A stretch of DNA of 64,000 nucleotides, from the NCBI GenBank assembly GCA_050951805.1, contig JBMNJT010000002.1, positions 1,184,001-1,248,000 of the forward strand, in the 5' to 3' direction. Both the position numbers and the translations under genes were made by a program. The notes beneath the pieces are model-generated. The model had not been told where the DNA came from. It did no database searches and worked only from the letters and a program-made list of their open reading frames with translations. This stretch comes from Bacillota bacterium. Lineage in GTDB: Bacteria; Bacillota; DTU025. Positions 57,553-64,000 of the stretch are shown piece by piece (position 1 is the first letter of the stretch; every line of letters begins with the position of its first letter).

Positions 57553-59147
57553 TGTCAACCGACTGTGAAAATGTCACCCCTTTTGGGGGTTAATCCGACT
57601 GAGAAAATGTCACCCCTGTGGTTGTGTTCCGCTGGCGACCCGCGCATTATGCTCAGGCTCGCGGCCGAGTCAAGGATCGGCCTGCGGCCTGCTTTGCTCC
57701 TTGACTCGGCCTCTGCGCCTGATTGAGATTAGGGTGCCGCCAGCGGGAAACTGTTGTTTTGTCTGTTTTTGGTCTGGGTCGCCTCGCGTGCTTGCTGAAT
57801 GTGTTGTTGACGCTCGTAGCTCGCACGTTTCCATGGATGATCATCCGGGGGCTTCCATGGCATCCTCGGGGCTTTAGGCTCTTGGGCTGCAGCCGAGGTT
57901 GAGTCTTCGATTGCCGGTGTGGAGTTGAACTCGGCTAGGCTGTAGCATTTTCCCTTGTAGAGTGCGTTGATTGACCCGTCCATGTGCGTAAGCACGAAAA
58001 CGGGATCCTTCCTGGCCAATCCGACAACGTGGCCGTATGCATCCAGAAGACGGAACTTGGTGCCATGGTAGGATATGAGTGATCCTCCCAGCCCTTGACG
58101 AGATTCCCTGATCGAAAGAATCATGTCGAGATCCATGTCGGGAGTCAGAAGACGAAAAGCGGGTGTCTCATCAGCTGCGGGAACGGCAAAACGGGCGTTG
58201 TACCTAGGAATATATCCGGGAAGGAACTGATTTGCCTGTTCGATTGTATTGATTCCGGCAAGGCGCATCTCAATAGGCAGCCTTCCCTGAAGCGTCTCCC
58301 ATGCGCGCTCAATACGGCCCTTTGCTTGAGGCGAATGCGCTGGTATGTGAGTGATCTGTAGTTCATCGAGAATGCGGCCTATCTGGGTAAGATTAACCCG
58401 CTTTCCCTGGAGTTGTTCTTCGATGGTGAGCTTGTCCATCTTGGGCGAGAAAAACATGGTATGGCGGTCAGAATACAAGCACAGCGGTATGCCGTTGTTC
58501 TCGAGCACCTGACGGAACACATGGAGGTATCCTATGATGTCTTCCTGAGGCCTGAAATACAGGCCCAGGATGGCTCCGGTGGCATCATCGATGATCCCAT
58601 GAAGCGACATAGCTGGGCCTCTTCCTTCGAGCCAGTCATAGGGACTGGCATCGCATTGGAGCAAGATCCCCGATTGGGGTTTTCGCTCTCGCATGCGTCT
58701 GTGGCGCGGGGCTCTTTTGGTGGAGCACACTATCCCGGCCCTCTTAAGCAATCGTTGTACAGTGCGTGGACTCACCGAGATCTGATAGCCCTCTGCCATG
58801 AGCTCGGACATATGGGTGCAATTTGCGTCTTTCAGGTCGGTCTGAGCTAGCTCGATGATGCGTGCCGCGATTGATGGGTCTAAAGCATGCTTGGGCTTGC
58901 GTCCGGCATTGCCATGCCCTAGGGCCTGGATTCCGTTACTCTGCATCTCCTTTTTGATCCGTTTGATCTGGCGGACACTTAATCCAAGCATGTTGGCAGC
59001 CTGCGCGTTTGTGATTTGCCCGGCGGCAAGCTGATCCATTACGAAGACCCTCTTCCGTAATTTTTCCGTCAAGATGATGTCCCCCTTGTTCATGGGTGAC
59101 ATTATCTCAGACGCGTTATGGGGTGACAATATCACAGACGCGTAACA
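57553..59147 (-). mobile_element. IS1202-family (IS481-related, formerly ISNCY) insertion sequence, 1595 bp, with 16-bp target duplication
   Basis: TGT...ACA ends; imperfect IRs with repeated subterminal TGTCACCC motifs; direct repeat GGAAATCTATGGCGTG at 57537-57552 and 59148-59163. Confidence 0.9.
57729..59093 (-). CDS. DDE transposase (IS1202/ISNCY type)
   Basis: HTH LGLSVRQIKR, HGNAGRKP, LLQCDASPYDWL, IDDATG, YSDRH, SPQAKGRIER. Confidence 0.93.
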   Translation of the reverse strand: MNKGDIILTEKLRKRVFVMDQLAAGQITNAQAANMLGLSVRQIKRIKKEMQSNGIQALGHGNAGRKPKHALDPSIAARIIELAQTDLKDANCTHMSELMAEGYQISVSPRTVQRLLKRAGIVCSTKRAPRHRRMRERKPQSGILLQCDASPYDWLEGRGPAMSLHGIIDDATGAILGLYFRPQEDIIGYLHVFRQVLENNGIPLCLYSDRHTMFFSPKMDKLTIEEQLQGKRVNLTQIGRILDELQITHIPAHSPQAKGRIERAWETLQGRLPIEMRLAGINTIEQANQFLPGYIPRYNARFAVPAADETPAFRLLTPDMDLDMILSIRESRQGLGGSLISYHGTKFRLLDAYGHVVGLARKDPVFVLTHMDGSINALYKGKCYSLAEFNSTPAIEDSTSAAAQEPKAPRMPWKPPDDHPWKRASYERQQHIQQAREATQTKNRQNNSFPLAAP

Positions 59148-59163
59148 GGAAATCTATGGCGTG

Positions 59164-59192
59164 TTGCCTACGGGCTGAATGTCTGATATAAT
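59164..59192 (+). promoter_or_regulatory. sigmaA promoter of tRNA-Pro
   Basis: TTGCCT, 17-bp spacer, TATAAT with extended -10 TG. Confidence 0.75.
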
Positions 59193-59209
59193 AAAGCCTG
59201 CAAAAAGAT

Positions 59210-59287
59210 CGGGGCGTGGCGCAGTTTGGCTAGCGCGCTTGCTTGGGGTGCAAGAGGTCGGGAGTTCAAATCTCCCCGCTCCGACCA
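59210..59287 (+). tRNA. tRNA-Pro(GGG)
   Basis: CGGGGCG acceptor stem, anticodon arm CTTGC-TT GGG GT-GCAAG, GTTCAAAT T-loop, encoded CCA. Confidence 0.96.
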
Positions 59288-59295
59288 TTGAGTTT

Positions 59296-59325
59296 AGCCC
59301 CGAAACGGAGGTTTCGGGGTTTTTT
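59296..59325 (+). terminator. Intrinsic terminator after tRNA-Pro
   Basis: AGCCCCGAAAC-ggag-GTTTCGGGGT followed by TTTTT. Confidence 0.85.
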
Positions 59326-59359
59326 CGACTCTAGAAGCTGTATCAGGAGGTGTAGCCAA

Positions 59360-60241
59360 TTGGACCTGATTGCCACTCCCGTTGAGGCTCTCAAGGATAG
59401 ACTCGAACTGACTGCCAGGCGGTTTCGCAGGAGAATGGAAGGGCTCGACCGGAAGTCTGTCGGGATTGCGCTCGGAAGTGGAGCAGCGCGCGGGATGGCC
59501 CATATTGGTGTGCTCGAGGTCCTTTTTCACGAAGGTATTCACATAGACGTCGTCGTGGGATGTAGCATGGGCGCCGTTGTGGGTGGGTGCTATGCCTCTG
59601 GCATGGAAGCTGAAGCCATCGAAGAGGTGGCTGTTTCCATTAACAAGCTGGACGTGGCTCGCCATGTTGACCTTGTTTCTCCAACTAGTGGAGGACTGAT
59701 GGCTGGCTCGAAGTTGAGCGCGCTGTTGAAAGAGCTCACTGGGGAGAAAACCTTCGACGAGCTGAGATTCCCTTTTGCATGTGTTGCTGCAGACATACTA
59801 ACCGGTGATGAGGTGCCGATCGATGATGGATACGTCTATGAAGCAATGAGGGCTTCGTCCTCTATACCGGGCGTATTTCAACCTGTCGTCCATGGGAAAC
59901 GTGTACTGGTTGACGGCGGAATACTCAATCCTGTGCCCGCCAACTATCTTCGCGCCCTTGGGGTCGACCTCGCTATTGCAGTGGACGTAATGCCCGTGTT
60001 GAGGCCATCCGAGGAACAGCTTGGCCGTGTTCCGTCAATACCTTCAACCCTAATAAACTCCTTTGACATCATGGGAAGGCTCGTTGCAGCGCCCCTCACA
60101 CGCCTTGCGGATGTAGTTATCAAGCCCGACGTGGGTGAGGTCTTCGGCGCTGAATTATGGAGGGCCCCGGAGCTCATTGAGAAAGGGCGGGAGGCTGCAA
60201 AGGCAGCCATCCCGGCAATATGCAAGGCTTTGAAAGTCTGA
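59360..60241 (+). CDS. Patatin-like phospholipase (RssA/NTE family)
   Basis: LGSGAARG, GCSMG, ASSSIPG, VDGG; AGGAGG RBS before TTG. Confidence 0.92.
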   Translation: MDLIATPVEALKDRLELTARRFRRRMEGLDRKSVGIALGSGAARGMAHIGVLEVLFHEGIHIDVVVGCSMGAVVGGCYASGMEAEAIEEVAVSINKLDVARHVDLVSPTSGGLMAGSKLSALLKELTGEKTFDELRFPFACVAADILTGDEVPIDDGYVYEAMRASSSIPGVFQPVVHGKRVLVDGGILNPVPANYLRALGVDLAIAVDVMPVLRPSEEQLGRVPSIPSTLINSFDIMGRLVAAPLTRLADVVIKPDVGEVFGAELWRAPELIEKGREAAKAAIPAICKALKV

Positions 60242-60307
60242 ACTGTCATGAACCTGCCACTTGCCGACTATCGTATTGTGATAAGGCAAGCCGGAGGTGA
60301 ATGTAGC

Positions 60308-61234
60308 GTGGAATATGATTCCATCAACGTCGATATGTCTCAGGCGTGGGCTGGAGGATCGTTTTCGGAGCGGGAAACCATGGGTGTCATGGAGGAGATG
60401 CGGTTCTGGCTCCGCATAATGTCGGATCACGCCAAACTGATTAGAAACGGATTCGATCTAGCGGAAGAAGAGCTATTCCGCTTTGCGGACGCTTTGGCAG
60501 AAAACCTAGATGGAATGTTAGCTCGGGTTCAGTCTGTAAATCCTCCATTTTCGCCCGGCGAAGTTCAATCCTTCATAGCTGAGTCAAATGCCGTTGTTGT
60601 GCCCCTCAGGGAGTTCAAGGCCGACCTGGAAGTGGCAATCCGGGAGTGCCGAGTGATGACCGATCGTCCAGCAGAGCTTATTGACCACGTAAGGAGAGAA
60701 GCTGAATTCTTCCTCGGGATTATAAACGGTTTGGTTGGCGGCCCGATTCCCACTAGGTGCAATCTAAAGATTCCTACCCCGCCGGGGAAGGAGAGCGAGC
60801 CTGCAGCGCTTGCGCCGCGCAGCCTCATATCATGCATGGGACAATTTGCACAGTCGATCCTCCTCGACGGTATTCTGTTCTTCACGCACATCAACGGGGA
60901 ACATGCCCAGGTTCTGTCCATTTACTTCAGGCCTGAAATCCAAGAGGAACTGGCGGAAACGACCAAGGGTTACGGGAACAGACTTCTATGTCTGCTAGAT
61001 GAGATGACAGGCAAGATCGTGCAGGGTTCGAGTTTTCAGGAGATGAAAGATGTGGTGACTCGGATCAGGGAAGCTACGATACCCTGGCTCGAGCATCTTC
61101 GGACTCTCAAGACTAAGATCGGTTCCTGCAGCGTGCCAACGGGTCAGGTCAACTTCCCGTATTCTCTGCTCGATCATATGGAACGTGAAGGCATGTATTC
61201 GATTGAATTGCTCGATATGGCTCTGAACATGTAA
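60308..61234 (+). CDS. DUF2935 domain-containing protein
   Basis: FWLRIMSDHA...DHVRREAEFF repeated as FFTHINGEHA...DHMEREGMY; GGAGGTGA RBS before GTG. Confidence 0.8.
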   Translation: MEYDSINVDMSQAWAGGSFSERETMGVMEEMRFWLRIMSDHAKLIRNGFDLAEEELFRFADALAENLDGMLARVQSVNPPFSPGEVQSFIAESNAVVVPLREFKADLEVAIRECRVMTDRPAELIDHVRREAEFFLGIINGLVGGPIPTRCNLKIPTPPGKESEPAALAPRSLISCMGQFAQSILLDGILFFTHINGEHAQVLSIYFRPEIQEELAETTKGYGNRLLCLLDEMTGKIVQGSSFQEMKDVVTRIREATIPWLEHLRTLKTKIGSCSVPTGQVNFPYSLLDHMEREGMYSIELLDMALNM

Positions 61235-61259
61235 TTCTATTGCTAATGCTGATAGAATC

Positions 61260-61294
61260 CGCGCGTGGGGGCCGACGAGGCCCCTCGCGCGTTT
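61260..61294 (+). terminator. Intrinsic terminator
   Basis: CGCGCGTGGGGGCC...GGCCCCTCGCGCG followed by TTT. Confidence 0.6.
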
Positions 61295-61592
61295 ACTGGG
61301 TTGCTCACCTTATGGTAACCAAGAGGAACATCGCGGCGCACAGGATTTGTCTGGCGGTCTACAGTTGCGTAGCCGTATTGGGCCTAGTCGTCTGCATTAT
61401 GCACGTGCCTTGGTAGGTCGGCAGGAATGGGTCAGCAGTTGCCGACACCGCTAGGGTGTTGATGGTCTTTCCGACTCAACTGCGCAAAGCGGAGCAAGCC
61501 GGCTCTGTTGCAGTCGCATGTGGATAGGCCCGCGCAAGGCGGGCCCAACGAGCGATTTGCCCTAGCACGGGCGCATGGTCCCTATTACGGCT

Positions 61593-61715
61593 TTATGGCC
61601 CAGGCGCATCGAATAGGCAATGGGAGATGCAACAGACCAAGAAGCAAACGAAGAAGACGTGTAGCCAAAACCACCATCCGAAGAAGAAATGTTCGCCCTT
61701 TACAGGATCTGGCAT
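61593..61715 (-). CDS. Tiny Trp/Phe/Cys-rich membrane peptide (40 aa)
   Basis: GGAGGTGA RBS 7 nt before ATG; MPDPVKGEHFFFGWWFWLHVFFVCFLVCCISHCLFDAPGP. Confidence 0.65.
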   Translation of the reverse strand: MPDPVKGEHFFFGWWFWLHVFFVCFLVCCISHCLFDAPGP

Positions 61716-61983
61716 TGCGCGCTCACCTCCATGATAACCTATGGCATCTTATGATCTAACGCGAAATCGGGAATTGTGAACAAAGCACTGATTTTCACTG
61801 GAGACACTGCGCCTATCAGGCGGTCATGCCTCCGAGACTCCGCGGCACTTGCTATGTGGTGCAGTAAACGATATTATCGTGTCAGAAGCCCGCAGGTTGC
61901 GGGAACATAGTCGGCGTCGTTTTCGTTATAACTATGTAGAACTTACAATGACGCCGATGCAGAAATAAGGTAGGCGCAGGTTT

Positions 61984-62853
61984 ATGGATAATGGCATCGA
62001 GAATGATGGCGCAGTCGGCAAAGGCGAGTCGGCAGTCGCTTCCGCGCACGACGCCGTATCGAGCGGCCCATGTTCGGGTGAGCGTCCTGATTTATGTCCG
62101 GATGAGGGACGACCTGCCGATGAACGAATTGAGAATGTAGACATTAGAAGCGAATCGGACGACGTAGACATCGAAGGAATGATGGTTGGAGCTATCGCTG
62201 ATGAAGCAGCGGCAGCAGCAGAGGCAGCGCGTCTAAGGGAAGCAGCCAGCAAGCGAGAGGCTGCGTTTCGCGAGGTAAGAGAGTACGTGCAAGCAATACT
62301 CCTTGCAATAGTCTTGGCTATGGTTATTATGACATTTATCGGGCGTTCCTTCGTTGTGGAAGGAGCTTCAATGGAGCCAACGCTCCACAACCGTGAACGC
62401 ATAATCGTGGAGAAGGTCTCTTATAGATTCCGCGAACCTGCGAGAGGTGAAATCATCGTCTTGAAGAATCCTTGGAGGCCTGACCAGTCCGGAATGGCCG
62501 CTGCCATGGAAGCCATGCGGGAGCTCGTCGATTTCAGCGGATCCATGAGGCCGTACATCAAGAGAATCGTGGCCGTTGCAGGCGACAGGGTTCAGATCAA
62601 AAATGGCGTTCTGTATCTTAATGGCAAACCCATTGACGAGCCGTATATACTTGAGCGCCCGTGGTCGGATTATGGGCCCGTTATAGTCCCTGAAGATCAC
62701 GTTTTTGTCCTCGGCGACAACCGCAATAACTCCGATGACAGTAGGGGAAGCGTGGGATTTCTCCGGGTCAACCGTATAGTCGGCAGAGCCTGCGTTCGCT
62801 ACTATCCGTTTGACAGGATGGGTGTATTGAAGGCGCCGCCGGTGTATGAGTAA
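61984..62853 (+). CDS. lepB: Signal peptidase I
   Basis: VEGASMEPTL (catalytic Ser), YIKRIVAVAGD (Lys), GDNRNNSDDSR. Confidence 0.95.
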   Translation: MDNGIENDGAVGKGESAVASAHDAVSSGPCSGERPDLCPDEGRPADERIENVDIRSESDDVDIEGMMVGAIADEAAAAAEAARLREAASKREAAFREVREYVQAILLAIVLAMVIMTFIGRSFVVEGASMEPTLHNRERIIVEKVSYRFREPARGEIIVLKNPWRPDQSGMAAAMEAMRELVDFSGSMRPYIKRIVAVAGDRVQIKNGVLYLNGKPIDEPYILERPWSDYGPVIVPEDHVFVLGDNRNNSDDSRGSVGFLRVNRIVGRACVRYYPFDRMGVLKAPPVYE

Positions 62854-62908
62854 TAATGTTAGGTGCATGACACCGTAGTCCGAGATAAGCTTGAGGCATG
62901 CGAATGAC

Positions 62909-62944
62909 AATAATGCCCCTGAGCGCACGCTCCGGGGCGTTATT
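62909..62944. terminator. Bidirectional terminator between convergent lepB and mscL
   Basis: AATAATGCCCC...GGGGCGTTATT hairpin. Confidence 0.65.
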
Positions 62945-62992
62945 GTTTGCGCGGATGGCAACCTCTTTCATACGGAGGGAGACCGGCCACGA

Positions 62993-63463
62993 TTATCGCC
63001 CATCAGAAAGGTCTGAAGTGCAGTGGGCGCACCGAATAGCTTTGACTGGTATCTCCGACAGACAGTATGGGCACTCTTTTGTGGAAGGCGCAGATGCACA
63101 TGGCGCTTCTTCGTTTTCAATGGCCGCAGCGGCTGTTGCCCGGAGAGTGTTAATCCATCTCACGATTAGAAAGAGCGAAAAGGCGACTACAAGGAAATCG
63201 ATGACGTTGTTTATGAACAGCCCGTAGTTGATGGTGGGGGCGCCGGCCTCGTTCGCCTGCGCCAAAGTGGCGTATCCGTTGCCAGACAAGTCAATGAAGA
63301 GGTTAGAGAAATCGACCTTTCCTACAAGAAGGCCTATGGGCGGCATGATTATGTCATTTACCAGAGACGATACGATTTTTCCGAAGGCGCCTCCGATGAT
63401 TATTCCTACAGCCATGTCGATTACATTGCCCTTTACCGCGAATTCTTGGAACTCTTTTAGCAT
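62993..63463 (-). CDS. mscL: Large-conductance mechanosensitive channel with C-terminal zinc ribbon
   Basis: [38 protein letters not shown]; [11 protein letters not shown]; C-terminal CPYC...CAHC. Confidence 0.96.
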   Translation of the reverse strand: MLKEFQEFAVKGNVIDMAVGIIIGGAFGKIVSSLVNDIIMPPIGLLVGKVDFSNLFIDLSGNGYATLAQANEAGAPTINYGLFINNVIDFLVVAFSLFLIVRWINTLRATAAAAIENEEAPCASAPSTKECPYCLSEIPVKAIRCAHCTSDLSDGR

Positions 63464-63608
63464 TAGTTAATCACTCCTTCGCCGATAAAGCGGCGTTCCC
63501 GTCACAATTGGAAAACTCGGTTTGGTCAATCATATACCTGCTGCAAATGAAAAAACTGCAATAGGCCATCTTAAGGCTGATGCAGTCTAGGGGAGTTTGT
63601 GTTGAACA

Positions 63609-63692
63609 TGGTGCGAGAGGAGGGATTTGAACCCTCACGGTTTTACCCGTCAGATCCTAAGTCTGATGCGTCTGCCGTTCCGCCACTCTCGC
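63609..63692 (-). tRNA. tRNA-Leu(TAG)
   Basis: Minus strand GCGAGAGTGGCGGAAC..., anticodon arm TCAGA-CT TAG GA-TCTGA, long variable arm, CCA. Confidence 0.95.
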
Positions 63693-63721
63693 ACGTACTG
63701 CTGCGAGCCGAGGCATAAGAA

Positions 63722-63798
63722 TGGTCGAGGTGCCGGGATTTGAACCCGGGGCCTCTTGGTCCCGAACCAAGCGCGCTACCAAACTGCGCTACACCTCG
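63722..63798 (-). tRNA. tRNA-Pro(CGG)
   Basis: Minus strand CGAGGTGTAGCGCAG..., anticodon arm CTTGG-TT CGG GA-CCAAG, CCA. Confidence 0.95.
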
Positions 63799-63971
63799 AC
63801 CTTGCGCCCCTCAGAGCACATCAATAGTATATGGCATTGCCGCAGTGGTGTCAAACCAAATCGCGCCGGAATTTGTTGATCCGGAATGCTGAGTGCTCAG
63901 CGCAAGGGCAAGCATGGAAGACCTGCGAAACATGTGCCATAATTAGTACAGGATAGAAAGAGGGAGATGTC

Positions 63972-64000
63972 ATGGCAGAGGAGAAGCAACTCACGCTCTT
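63972..64000 (+). CDS. Probable start of a CDS truncated by the window edge
   Basis: GAGGGAG RBS followed by ATG GCA GAG GAG AAG CAA... Confidence 0.4.

Noticed and set aside
57559-57616. Repeat pair with 36-bp period resembling a mini CRISPR array
   Set aside because: Only two copies, matching the IS subterminal motifs at the other end; no cas genes in the window
59243-59359. N-terminal extension of the patatin ORF
   Set aside because: It runs through tRNA-Pro and its terminator; the RBS supports a start at 59360
63000-63080. Zinc ribbon fused to MscL as a novelty
   Set aside because: This C-terminal CxxC...CxxC extension is already common among MscL homologues

Overview
Chromosomal segment of a spore-forming Bacillota (Firmicutes) bacterium. 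It is probably diderm, inferred from exbB-exbD-tonB, a LolA-like gene and a solute-binding protein with no lipobox. Core content, in order: the amaP-nusB-tsaD-like-xseAB-ispA-(OLE RNA-oapA)-dxs-tlyA-nadK-argR-recN cluster; a four-gene FAD/Fe-S amino-acid dehydrogenase; an ExbBD-TonB + cohesin protein + SLH coiled-coil operon; a likely sigmaK subtilisin operon with tiny membrane peptides; miaB-mutS-mutL-methyltransferase-miaA-ynbB; spoIVA; HU; and a c-di-AMP-riboswitch-controlled peptide ABC transporter whose binding protein appears circularly permuted. An accessory block (about 47.8-59.2 kb) holds a complete vanG-type D-Ala-D-Ser cluster, a MerR/dehydrogenase pair and an IS1202-family element with a 16-bp target duplication. 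The window ends with three tRNAs, patatin, DUF2935, lepB and mscL. The most unexpected observation is two miniature, internally deleted IscB/omega-RNA (OMEGA, IS200/IS605) relics. They share the same terminus, and each ends exactly at the ATGAA start of a host gene (the methyltransferase and vanR). All calls come from motif recognition by eye; no database searches were run.
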